Origin: Balanoglossus misakiensis
Taxonomy: Eukaryota > Animalia > Hemichordata
Direction: 5' to 3'
NCBI GenBank assembly: GCA_040954595.2
Contig: CM082583.2
Location: 11,818,636 to 11,882,635 of the forward strand
DNA length: 64,000 nt
The position numbers and the translations under genes were made by a program. Position 1 is the stretch's first letter; each line of letters begins with the position of its first letter. The notes under the pieces are model-generated. The model had not been told where the DNA came from. It saw nothing but the letters and a program-made list of their open reading frames with translations, and did no database searches. Positions 1 to 12,400 of the stretch are shown here, one piece after another.

Positions 1-775
1 AGGGGGAAGATGATCGGTACGGAAATAAACCACTCTCAGTTTTATCAATACACGTATGTTTTTAATATTTTTTTATTGAATAATGACGAAAGATAACATA
101 TCTAAAAAACCTGTATTAACTATATACGTGAGGGGGAAGATGATCGGTACGGAAATAAACCACTCTCAGTTTTATCAATACACGTATGTTTTTAATATTT
201 TTATATTGAATAATGACGAAAGATAACATATCTAAAAAACCTGTATTAACTATATACGTGAGGGGGAAGATGATCGGTACGGAAATAAACCACTCTCAGT
301 TTTATCAATACGCGTATGTTTTTAATATTTTTTATTGAATAATGACGAAAGATAACATATCTAAAAAACCTGTATTAACTATATACGTGAGGGAGGAAGA
401 TGATCGGTACGGAAATAAACCACTCTCAGTTTTATCAATACACGTATGTTTTTAATATTTTTTATTGAATAATGACGAAAGATAACATATCTAAAAAAAA
501 CTGTATTAACTATATACGTGAGGGGGAAGATGATCGGTACGGAAATAAACCACTCCAAGTATTATGAGTGCGTGTATGTTTTTATTTTATTTTTATTGAA
601 TAATGACGAAAGATAACATATCTAAAAAAAACTGTATTAACTATATACGCGAGGGGAAGATGATCGGTACGGAAATAAACCACTCCAAGTATTATGAGTG
701 CGTGTATGTTTTATTTTATTTTTATTGAATAATGACGAAAGATAACATTTCTAAAAAAACTTGTATTAAGTATTA
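1..775. repeat. Tandem satellite, ~130-bp unit, ~6 copies, truncated by the window start
   Basis: The unit AGGGGGAAGATGATCGGTACGGAAATAAACCACT... restarts at about 1, 131, 261, 390, 521 and 652. Copies are contiguous with no unique spacers. Confidence 0.97.
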
Positions 776-947
776 ACTGACGGTCTGAGGGATGGGACCC
801 ACCCGCACCGGGGATTTTATTTATGTCTATATAACTTACTTGTTACGAAACTTCATCCACTGGTCTTCATTCAGCCATGGAACATACAAACGCTCACCTC
901 ATTGTAGTCTAGTTGCATGGCCCAAATATACCGTACAACTTACCGTG

Positions 948-954
948 ACACACA

Positions 955-993
<39 letters not shown>
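948..993. repeat. (CA)n microsatellite
   Basis: Run of CA dinucleotides with one short interruption. Confidence 0.9.
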
Positions 994-998
<5 letters not shown>

Positions 999-2756
999 AC
1001 AACGAGCACCTTTCGAAGCATTCAAAGCCGATGAACTTGTTGGTGCCGTAACAAAAAGGACCCATGCACCGAGCATGTAGTCATGTTGGTTTTAAAACTG
1101 TAATGACATCCACATATGGCATCCGTATTGTTGCATTCTTCAGATTTGTGCAAAATTGGTTCGCTGAACTGGCTACCGGCACCAGTCAGAATCATTAAAA
1201 GTTCTTAAAAATTGCCCAAAAACTTGGCTAATACCGCTTACTTTGACATCATGCTTGATAACATCATAGCATCCACGCAGAGTATCCAACATCAGTTCAT
1301 CTGGGCCTTCGATCTGCAAAAAATAAGGAAACAAATTGAATGCCTATCCATGAACACGAAACCAAATATCGACCGTTATCACCGTACGCTAAACTGTTGT
1401 TCATTCGCATAGTGTACCGGGGTACATCATACACGACGACAATACATGTTTTAGGGCTTCGCTGACAGACAAGTAGCCTAGAACCCCAGCATGGCTCTAT
1501 GTACATTTACATATTTTCAAGTTAAGGCCTACAGCCAAGCGGAACATTTTAAACTCCGACAAAAAATATTTTTTGGGCAGACAGCACGGACACACGAAAA
1601 TAACTTTCCCAATGAACCGTTTCAAAACTTATTTTTGCCATTGTCTGGTAGTAGGCTATAATACAAAATTTGCATTCGCTCACTCTCGAAAACACGCTGT
1701 CTACAATTCATCGAACCCGCTACCAATTCATTGTAGCCCCCCCCCCCCCCTCTTTCCCGAAAAACTACCTCGTTTTTCTATGTAAAAATCCTGCCGGCAA
1801 CCAGTACAGGTATAACACCGAATTGTCTTAATTTGAAAAACCTTACATCTCAAGTTGAGTAACGCGAAAGGGTGGAATTTGTTAATTAAAACGCAGGGAA
1901 GCGCTGACTCGAGCTGTCTGACTGTGACGTATCCAATTTTTCAATTCTGTGGTGCAAACGTCTGGGTTTTTTTAGCTGTCCGTAACTCGCCACAGTAAAA
2001 CCCATGTTTCTGGTCAAAAAATGAGTAAATGTGTCTTCTTCTGTTACTTTACTTACCGCTGTCGTCATGAAAACTATCCAGCGGAGAAACTCTGTTTTGG
2101 GACAGAGTTTTCCGCATCCTCTCCGCAACACGTCCTACATGCATCAGCGTGGCCGTCACTTATGAAAATGCACGGAAGGCTAGACGGAAATTTCCAAGTG
2201 GAGGTGGTCCAGGTGGCTCCAACCAATCAGCAGCGAAAACTTTGCTCTGACGCGTATCAAGTCACGTCACGTGACCCCTAATCAGTCACTGCTCAATCAT
2301 TATCACGTTTGAGCATTACGTCATACTAATTAGTACTAATTAGCCAAGTATGCAGTGCAACGTATGTGTGCAGATAGAGAATATCATAAATGACTTAGGA
2401 TATCATACAATTTCTTTAAGCTATTGTACTTTGTAAAAAGTCATCTCAAAAGTAGCTATTGCAAGCAGTATACACCATAAAAACAAAAGTAACACACGCA
2501 TGTCCATGGTTTTATATTAAGCGATCGATTTCAGCGATCTCGGCTTCTGGAATCACAGACAAAGAGTTTGTGCTGCAATCAAAGAAAGTTTGACTGTATG
2601 TAAGACGGACAAGCTGATTGGGATAAAGCACAGCTATTGTGTGCTAATATCTGGCAGGCGTTCCGTTTGTTCTAAAATTATTGGTCTGTTATCATCTTAG
2701 CAATTACCGATGCTATTTTCATAACAACACTTTATTTGCCACTACCGCTCTGGAGT

Positions 2757-3690
2757 TTAAACCCAAGTCATTCTTCGTTTACAAATACAGCAATGAGCTT
2801 GAATCCAGTTATAGCCCACCACTCCAGTGGTCAGGTTGATGACGTAAGCTTTCACGCTGCGTGGTTCTTCCACGCATGATCCATCCTGGACACCACTGCA
2901 AGTGTCCATGATGCATCTCTCTTCGAAAATCCACTGGTGCTGTTGTTGATTCGGGAACTGAAGAACAAAAATAAGACTACATATTACAGTCCAACATCAG
3001 ATAATACATGTATATGTTTCTCCGCCCTCTAAATGCCAAATACATATCCAGAGATTGCCTTGTTATTTTTTCCTAGGCGAAATAAATATGACTAAGTATG
3101 AGAAGATCATGGGGTTTGATCAAATCATTGACTCGCTTTGGGATTATCGATTTAGGGGGTTCTCTTGACGTTACCTGTACGAGTTGTACTAGTTGGCCAT
3201 CTGTATTCAGGGCCAACGTGATGGCTTGTAACCCAGATTCTACTTCACACACTCGAACAGCTGCACTTTGTTCAACGGATCTCGGTCGTCTATGTTTTTC
3301 ACCCAAGACGGCACGTGCACTCCGTAACCCTGGCAGGTCAGAGTTGGTATCGAGCGCACTGGTATCCTCTAGAACATTTCCAGACACGGGAGTAGACTCT
3401 GATGGCAAATCGCCAGCGCTGGAGAATAACTGCGCTCCTTGGTCCAGTATTTGTCTCTCTTGCTGCGGATTGATCTGCACGATGGGTCGCTGGAATCGCG
3501 ACAGTCGTAGAACATCCGGGTCGTGTTCCAGGAGATGTATTAGACTTCGATTGGTCTCGATTTGGCGCTTCTGTTCGTCGTCCAGAAAAACCGGTTGTCG
3601 GTCACAGTTGTGGGTGGTGATGGCATTCATGGCAACCAGACTGACCAATACGGAAAGGCACTGGATGATATGAAGTCTGTCCGTGTTCAT
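2757..3690 (-). CDS. Secreted cystine-knot growth factor precursor, neurotrophin/Spaetzle-like (2 coding exons, ~238 aa)
   Basis: Exons 3690-3175 and 2957-2757 join in phase 0 (CAG|gtaacg ... ttcttcag|TTC). The N-terminus is hydrophobic (IIQCLSVLVSLVAMNA), followed by basic sites RSAR and RRPR. The ~101-aa mature domain reads VCEVESG..TLALNTDGQLVQLVQFPNQQQHQWIFEERCIMDTCSGVQDGSCVEEPRSVKAYVINLTTGVVGYNWIQAHCCICKRRMTWV*. AATAAA lies at 2736-2731. Confidence 0.8.
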
Positions 3691-4814
3691 CTTTGAGTTC
3701 TGTAACACAATGCATGTGACGTTCCAAAATCATAAAGTTGGTCATTGTCTTCAGAAAATTTGAAATTGAAAACAATAAACCCTCAGAGTATTTTCCCGCT
3801 AAACTATTGTTTTGCCAATGCTTCCTCAAGTAAAGGCCTATATAGTGCGTCCATTTTGTCTACTGAGCCTAACGTGAAAGCGCAGTGAAGAGGCATTAGA
3901 AAGCGAATGGCAAATTTTAAGGTGTTTAAATTTATCATTTTATGAATTGATATGATGAATGCAACGTTGATTTTCATGTAGAAAATACTGACTAGACTTG
4001 TAACGTCATTAGTTTACCTTTTCATCCACGTGAGTAACAATGACCGTGACCTTGCAGACTGAGAGAAACCAAGAGAAACTGACGCGTCTTTGACTTCTCG
4101 ACTGTGCGTCGATGTCTAGGTAGATCGAAAACCGCTCTTGACTTCTCAGGCTCGACGACGTTTGACCAACGAACGCCTCTCCTTCATGACATCGTCTCGC
4201 ACAGGCATGGAGAATATCTGGTGAACTCTGGTAGGAAGGGTTCAACCATTTATGACGGGAGACCTTGTTGGCCTCAAGCTATGGCTGAATCCACAAATTA
4301 CCACACAAAGCGCCAGTTTCTCGACGACCATATCTACCACCCAACGCGACACACATTGCTTGCTATTGCTACGTGTCAACATATTAGCCATGGGAATGTT
4401 AGTGTCAGTACGTGTCACTTGTTCCCCATTTTAATAGGTCAGCCTGGCATCTGCTGTGAAAATGGGAAAGGAAACAAACACACAACCAAGTGAGCTCGGG
4501 ACATCCTCAAAATCGGCTGCTGTTTACTGATAATGTTCGAAATATTGAAGACCGTTTCCTTCCAGTAGGAGTATCTATAACAAGTCGAGCGAGTTTATCT
4601 GTAGGAGTTGTGGGTGCGTAACAATGTTATTTGAACCAGGCGTAAAAGTAGTGAATATGTCCACTCTGACTTCTGGTGAAAGTCAGTCAGTCAGTCAGTC
4701 AGCGGTATGTTGGGAGCTAGATAAAAAAAACTGTCGCAATCATAATTGGTGAATATTTTTATTGTACGGTATTGTTTTCAGTGTCTGCATAAACATGACA
4801 TTCTCTTTAGCGAC

Positions 4815-7800
4815 TCAACATAATTGACAACTCTGTCTACAGTTCACATTCATATAGCCTGGGTTTCGCCGACATTCTCCCCTTGCAGCCCAGGAGGAGC
4901 AGGATGTATTTTGGTCCGTACACTCCTGACCTATAATATAAAACAGAGTACACCCCGGTCATTACAAGGTCAAAAAGCCGGCGATGGATATGGCCTGTCA
5001 ATGCCCTGACAATACACTTTTTTGCGAACCATCTATGCACAGGCATCTCTCATCCAGGGGAGACTTATCGTCAAGCAACAGCCATGGTAACTTCCTGATC
5101 TCAACGATAAATACTGTAATAGTGTCGCCTCTATTGGAATCAAAGTGGTTTCTTGATCTAGCAAATCTAGGAATCGACTGGTTAGGTTGTCTGTGTATAG
5201 TCGTCTACATGACAGATGTGTTTGTAGTTTGACATCATATATACGAGTATTACCTGTCCCACCACACTGATTACAACTTCTCTTGCAGTTCTGTAACATG
5301 TATCCCGGATTTCTTTCGCATTCACCTTGAGACGACCACCTTGCACAGTTGCTGTTGTTGTCTTCACAATCTATATAGGTCACATGAGTGCAAGTTAAGA
5401 CATGAGAGTTGAACAGCGAGAACTTTACTTGGGGAGCTTTCATTTTTATAAGGGTGTGGGCCAGAGGAAACTGGGATTTATCGTTGATGCCAAATGTGAC
5501 CCTAGACTCTAAAGCCGAGAATTGAACACAGAGCTGAACAGAGGTAATATCCCACCTTGTCCTTGGCAATCTTCGACCCGACAGCTCTTTTTGCAGTACA
5601 ACAACATGTAATCCGGATTGATGTTGCACTCTCCACGATCGGCCCACTCTCTACACCGACTGTTCTCATCAACACACCCTATGTACATGAAGTAGAACAC
5701 AACATGAGATACGTCAACAGTGACATCCTCTGGACCGCTTCTCTCGAACAAAAACGATGAGATCTGACGCGTTTAATTCTTCCTTGACAGTCTGTAAAAT
5801 TAAATAGATTTTAGCTGTAACGTTTGGCCACAGACTAATAGAAAAGATTTGTCTCTTCAAGTTCGAGGCTTATTCTGTTCACCCAGATTCCTACCGTTGT
5901 CTACTGGTTCTTCTGTAGTTGGTGGTGGTGGGGGAGGTTCTGGTCCTTCCGTGGTCGGTGGTGGTGGGGGAGGTTCTGGTCCTTCCGTGGTTGGTGGTGG
6001 TGGGGGAGGTTCTGGTCCTTCGGTTGTGGGTGGTGGTGGGGGAGGTTCTGGTCCTTCCGTGGTCGGTGGTGGTGGGGGAGGTTCTGGTCCTTCCGTGGTC
6101 GGTGGTGGTGGGGGAGGTTCTGGTCCTTCGGTAGTGGGTGGGGGTGGTGGGGGAGGGGGCTGCGGTGGCTCTGTCACTGGATTACTTCCTGATGAAATTA
6201 CGTTATTGAAAAGAATTATAATCTACTCATTAAGCAGTCAAAGCTGCATAGTATACACAAGTCAAATTGTACGACTGCGAATTAAAGAATGGCAGGCCTT
6301 ACCATCGCAGTTCATGCGGATGTTCTGAGAATGGATGCCAGCTGTAAAGAGATTATAGAGCATAATTATAATGAAATAACTTGACATATCTCTTTAGGAA
6401 ATGAAGTTTCATAATTATAAAAGAGTAATCGGAAATGAAAGCTATTAATGTCGTCGGATGTTGTCCATTTGCGCTAAGTATTTCGTCATGAAAATTATAA
6501 ATTGTATTTTTTCTGGGGACGTCAAAAATTACAACTGAATAAAAAACTTAAAGTTGTGTTTCTCTTATTTTGTGTGCATTGAGTTTTTTCACTATCTTTC
6601 TGTAGTTTGTGTGCCGAATTGAACTTACATTGGTCGGCACATCGGTCGATGACACGATTTCCACAGGGGAACACTTCTTCAACCAGACTGTAAAGTGTGG
6701 GGTCATAGGTTCGTAGTTCGCCCCTGGTGTTGATAGTGTTGTGGATCCCCGGTGATGGAGTCGAGGGATTCTGGTCGAAGTAACTTTGCGTGCCTTCGGC
6801 AAAGTATTCGTCTATGCTCTGCATGGCGTAGGTGTTGGCCCAGAGACCCCGCGACCTGGCGCTGTTGTAGGCCTGTCTCAGACGAGGCTCGAAGGTCGAA
6901 TCGGCGGACACCGCGGCGATTTTGTGTATCCCATGGGAAAACTCGTGTAAAAGTATGTCCTCGGATCTGTAGCGGTCACCAGGGTAACAGAGGACATTCT
7001 CTTCTGCTCCGGTTGATATCGGGATGTGTAAGGTGCCCCCGAGACCGCGGGCTCTTTGGTTGTAGTAAGCCGGTAGGTGAGCGTGTTCGGGAATGCTCTG
7101 TGTCACTTCATTCTGCGCCATGATTCCAATACGACCATACTTGTCGTACATCTGCTGGCGGAGATCTCGTCTGTCCGCCATCATGAATCGGACCACGTAA
7201 CAAGCTCGCTTTAAAGCGCCATCTGGGACGCGACCGGAGGATATCACTGGGATGTCGTAGGCATGAGTGAACTTCTGATAAAAAGAACTCAATCTCATGG
7301 CAGAGCGAACACCGGATGGCACACTTGTCACTGTCTGGCATGCTGAGGAATCGGACGATTGGCCAGGCCGCCCGCCGTAGTTCGGGAAATTGGCCGCGTG
7401 TTTTGATGTCTTGGTGTCATCGTTACCTGCATTATGATAATTTGAAGTTTTGAAATATCACTATTTTAACAAATATTGCAACTACAATTATTGACACGAG
7501 CTAGCTTTCCATGATAAACTTCCACGACATTATATTATTGAAATATGACATCGGAATGTTTTCTTTGTCATGTTGAAAAACAAAAACTCACCAAAAGCAA
7601 ACGTGGAAAAATATTCGAGTTCTGCTCCAATCTGATCTCGTATTGCAGATTCTGCAGGGTCTTCTGCTCATGAAAGACATAAATATTTGTATGTTGATTG
7701 TGCAAGTCACGTGAGTCTCACACAAGTGGGGTGCCTGGTAAAGAACCGGTCAAATTCTTCACAGCACCGTATATCAAACAATTGAACGAGATGCACTGTG

Positions 7801-8398
7801 TACTTAATGCCTGGCCAAAACAAAGGTTATCTTCATCATATTATAGACCCTATTGAATCGATGATAAACCTAATCTGGGGCCATGTTGTCTGCAGGACAA
7901 AGACTGATGTGCTTCGCCTGTACACGTCAGCAAATTTTTCGCTGTTTAAAAATAATGTACATTTATTAGGAACTTACCAGTGGCATCCTTCTCCTTATAA
8001 TCGGAAAAAGAGAAAAAAATAAGTCTACAGATTTAAAAGTATAGCAGTAGATTGCTCGTGCATAGACTGTATTCATAGAAAACTGTCATCTTAAATCCTC
8101 GTACGTACTTATCAAGAACTTAGTAAATTTCTGCCGAGTTAGTATAATGGACATGCAAAGAGATAGCTGCAATAAGTATAGCCTTGGTGGGCTGGTTGAT
8201 CGCTGCAATTCTGCTGTAAGGAGGTCTGGAATTGATACCAAGAAAACCACACGTCTCATATGAACTTTGTACGATTCGTTGAAATAAGAATCCTCAATGT
8301 CTTACCGTCTTGACGGACTTCCCTGAAGTCCAAGTGACCGACAGGTAAGCAACCAGCAGAATCAACAGGGACTTCGCCAGGCGTTGCTGAGCACGCAT
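4815..8398 (-). CDS. Paralog A: secreted HEXXH zinc metalloprotease (lethal-factor/PPEP-like motif spacing) + Pro/Thr linker + 3 ShK domains, ~555 aa
   Basis: Exons 8398-8306 (signal peptide MRAQQRLAKSLLILLVAYLSVTWTSG), 7993-7978, 7663-7592, 7426-6629 (catalytic: HEFSH...TYAMQSIDEYFAEG), 6341-6303, 6188-5895 (Pro-rich), 5678-5556, 5370-5254 and 4930-4815. The last three each encode an ShK pattern (C-x-D-x4-C-x2-W-x3-GEC-x2-NP-x-YM-x3-C-x2-SC-x2/4-C). All junctions are GT-AG and total 1668 nt in frame. AATAAA lies at 4763-4758. Confidence 0.88.
5903..6163 (-). repeat. Coding 36-bp tandem repeat encoding (TTEGPEPPPPPP)n, ~7 units
   Basis: GGTGGTGGTGGGGGAGGTTCTGGTCCTTC... recurs every 36 nt inside exon 6188-5895, with mostly synonymous differences between units. 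Confidence 0.95.
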
Positions 8399-8960
8399 GG
8401 TCGACCTGTTCGCTACGTCGATTTGTACACAACTATGGCACGTTGTGATTACACAGTATAAGGGTTCGTCGAAAATGTTACACAACTAACTCTTGGAAAA
8501 TTGGTGGGTAAGTTCAAAGGAAATCTATATAAACACTGATAAATGAGCGACAATTGTAGTTGAAAATTAACGATGGTGCACTAATTGCATTAATTACGGA
8601 AGTTTCTATTAACCCACGGGAAGTGATTATGGTCTTATTCTCTGTAATTGTATGTTGCTATATCAACTTATTCATATTTAATAGATACACCAAATGCCAT
8701 TTTGAAGAGAAATTGACACTCTATTTGACCTTCACATGATGTAATATTTACAGTAGGTCTTGAATCTGTCTTAGGCGTATCTTAAGATGAACGTTGTTGC
8801 GGAACCATTCTTGAGGTATCTTGAACGTTGATAAATAAACATTTGAAGCGCAACAGTAAAGAATCATAACGTATTTTTTTATGGTGGTTTATTGCATGAT
8901 GACGTTGTACATCATTATGTAGAAGTGGAGCATAATAAGAAAGGAAGAGCGAGTTCCGTC

Positions 8961-9038
8961 ATGATGATGATGATGATGATGATGATGATCATCATCATCA
9001 TCATCTCGTCACCGCTACCACCACCACCACCACCACCA
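8961..9038. repeat. Compound microsatellite (ATG)n-(ATC)n ... (CCA)n
   Basis: An ATG run switches directly to its reverse-complement class ATC, followed by a CCA run. Confidence 0.9.
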
Positions 9039-9493
9039 TCGTTGTTCAGTAAAACTTATGCTTGTACTCTATTTTTTATACGTGACCCATGATCGATATT
9101 CTTCGCGGTATCTCGTGTGCGCTACCTGACCTGCTGACAGCGCAATGCATTGTGGAACTGTAAAGGGAAGCTTTGTCAAATAGTATCTTGGTTCTGGGTA
9201 ATTCAATTGACAGGGATGACATAATGAACGCCAAATTTTCAAAACTTAATATAAGACTTCTCCATAATTCCCAATATAAGACTCCAAAATCTTGTCAACC
9301 TTTGATAAAAATATATTTTTATCGTCATTCTAAACCTACGGTATAAAAACGTAAATCACTTATAAACGTTGGTGAACTGAAACAGGGTAGACCCAAGATC
9401 AATGTGACAGTCTAAATTATTTCAGTTCAAAATTGACAACATACCCGCAATGGTTGATGTCGCATGAAAATTAAAATTAAAATCAGCCATCTC

Positions 9494-12400
9494 TTAGCAA
9501 AGACCACAGCTTTGTTTACACATCATTCCCATAAATGTTGGATTGGTGTAACAGTGATAGGCATTTGCCCAAGTTCCACAATTCACATTCATGTCGCTAC
9601 ATCCTGTAATTAAGATGGAGACAAAAGAAGAATTAATTTATTATATGTAAGAGCGAAGATGATTTTTTTGTTATTTTTGGGACGAGGTCAAAAGTTCAAT
9701 GTCTAAAAACTGGTTTCCCTAAGTCTCTTCTCCCTCTCGAAACTTAATTAATTTACATTGAATCATCAACGTCATCATCATCGTCGTAAACACAATTGAG
9801 AACAATTACATATACTAGTACAGTCACAGTCCTTCCACACAGAGACATCAAACTGACGCGACTCTTTTGACAGAGACACGATTTATTCCCTGATTAGAGT
9901 ATTTCAAAGAATTAATCACGTAGAAGTTAAAAACCACAGCCACTATCACCGCAGACCAGAAGGTAAATACCACAGAGCTCGTGTTAGTCAACATAAACAA
10001 ATACACATGTACATGTACTGTAAATTACGCCCTCTACCTGCATATAGTTCAGTGACTTTTGTTCACTATCCCAGCGTGCAGAAAATCACCAGACCGAAGG
10101 TCACCTCGATATTTTTGAATGGCATACAAAGAAAAATAAAAGAATTTCGAGAGATGTTAGAAAAATAACCAAAAATAACCCGTGCAAATTATTCTTACCC
10201 TTACCGTTGCATAGCCCACAGCTTTGACGACAATAGTGCCACATGTATTGCAGTGCCGTCATGCACATGCCTGCATTGGCCCAATCAGCGCATGCTTCAG
10301 GGTACATATCCTCACACGCTGCGGATAAAAAGACAATAAATGTTGTAAATACTAGATCTTTGTTGAACTACCAATCGCCAGGATTCTAATAAACTTGTAA
10401 GGTTTTCCAAACCGACAGATCAGTCTAATCAAAGCGAAACGTGTCTTCTCTTTTTACAGTTCTCTGATACAGCACTTCTTTTTTGTGACACTTGAAATAA
10501 TTTTTCTTTGTAAAAGTCAAACTATAGACCTACGTTTGTTGCAGACATCACAGCTTTTCTTGCATTCCATCAGCATCATGGCTGGATTTGATTCACAACC
10601 ACCAGTGGCAGCCCAGGTAGGACAGTCTCTGTGCACGTCGACACAGTTTGGATCTGAAAGGATTCAAGTCGCGTAATGAGGGCCCAGAGTGCTATAGCCT
10701 TGGTGAGGGAGGAAAAGACAGTCAAAAGAAACAGAGCAGGCCAACAGCAACGTCCAGAGGAGAGATGCTTGTCAGATGTGATGAAACCACAATTTTTTTA
10801 TTTTGAAAACTAGCGAAGTTTACCTTCTGCTTCTGTGCTTTCCACTGGTTCGGTTGTTGGCTGTTTCGTCGTTGCCTTAGTCGTTGCCTCAGTTGTTGTC
10901 GGCGCGACCGTAGTTGTTACAGTTGTGGTTTCTGTAAAAATAAAGAGACAATTCATGCAAATGAGATTTTAATAATCCAAGTTTCAAACTTCAAAGATGT
11001 AAATTGTTTGCTGTTTTGCTTTCTGCGAAGTTCGAGTTCTAGTCGTTTCCATACAAAACCTGGTCGGTTTATATATACACGAAAAAAAGAATTTGAAATA
11101 TCAGTCAAAATTAATTACGTTTATACAAAAGCAATTCATCTTAGTGTTGCTTCTTGAGGAAAGGAAAATATCATAGTTGATAAAAGTTAACTTTAATAGC
11201 GCATCATTGCCATGGTGATGATTTTTATGGTGATCATTGGCATTAAAATATATAAGTCGTTAAAGAATTGTTTTGAATAGGCTTCTGCAGACAGACACCA
11301 AAACATGTGCTTCCCGTAGAAAGCACACGTTTGGATATACTCAACTATGGCTTATAATATTACTCAAAACCGCTTAAACTTAAAAGCAAGTGATAGAAAT
11401 CGCTGCCCCGCGCGGATGCAAATTGCTTCAAATATGTCTAGATAAAGACACACAGACTGCAACTAAGACTGCGCATGCACAGTGCGACGCTATCGATGCA
11501 CAGCAGCCAATAAGCAAGCTTGTGTGTTCCTGCGTGCGGACATTCAGTTGTGCACCTGGAAATGTGATACTTTACATGTAAAATAGTGAGATCGACTGCC
11601 GAGAGTGTCTGCGGCTCCAATACGAAGCACAGCCACGCAGCTTCAGTAAATACCTTCTTTGGTCCCTTCAGTCTTGTCAAATGCTAGTTTCGACTTATCT
11701 GAACCTTTCTTGAGAAAAACTAAGAAGGAAAGACGGAAGGAAGGAAGGAAGGAAAGAAAGGAAAGAAGGAAGGCAAGAAACGCGAGAATAAAAATCAGAA
11801 TAAAATGAACAAACAGGAGTTTAGGCCTAATCCTTTCATGAAGTCTTAAACCAATCGAGTTAATTTACCCGTCCCATCAATCACAGCAGCAATAATATAA
11901 TCTGCATTATTGTAACACTGCGTTAACTTTGCCTTTGTACGTGGCATCAGGACTACCCAGAACGCCCAAACTTTGATTTTTTCTTGTACGCAGTTTTAAA
12001 TTGTTCAATATTGCCAAGGTTTTGTGGAATGAAATTACCGAAGGAGGTATTCATAGCTCTGAGATTTTGTTGCAGGTGGGTTTGCCGAAGATAGCATGAT
12101 GGTACCTTGTTTCGTCTCCCCTTTCTTCTTTGTGTACTTTCGTACTGATGATTCGTAATTGTTGTTGTCTACTGTGGGATAGACAGTATACGAGAGATAA
12201 TCATTGTATATGTCACAACCCTGTATGGTAGCCTGGAATGTTCAAATCGCGATGCACGTGAAATAAAGGTAACTGCATGCATCTATAAATGCACAGACGC
12301 GGTCCTTCTAACAGCAATACATGCGCGCGCGAGACATTGAAGTCTCAACTTTATAGTATACATGTATAAGTATTTTTTTCCATCGCCCCCTCCCGTTATC

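Noticed and set aside
1-775. Satellite (and the 21-bp and 36-bp repeats elsewhere) as a CRISPR array
   Set aside because: The units are contiguous with no unique spacers, no cas genes are present, and the context is a spliced animal genome.
1440-2340. Possible DNA-transposon fragment (TTAAGGCC at ~1522, poly-C run)
   Set aside because: I could not find a matching terminal inverted repeat or transposase sequence in the window.
3098-3673. 191-aa plus-strand ORF and similar antisense ORFs (5849-6328, 6752-7123, 48788-49975)
   Set aside because: They are antisense shadows of real minus-strand exons and have no recognisable motifs.
4146-4148. In-frame TGA as selenocysteine
   Set aside because: A TAG follows within ten codons, similarity to the ligand is short, and I could not recognise a SECIS element.
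5033-5166. DLLDQETT...DACA* as the last exon of paralog A
   Set aside because: Exon 4930-4815 encodes a complete third ShK domain with a stop and nearby AATAAA, which fits far better.
5679-5791. Degenerate extra ShK exon (DCQGR...YLMLCSTSCT*)
   Set aside because: It lacks the Trp and the Cys spacing, has no suitable donor, and runs into the next acceptor. It is probably chance.
8105-8226. Possible exon in intron 1 of paralog A
   Set aside because: The phase-0 reading hits a stop, and the 16-nt microexon already explains the frame.
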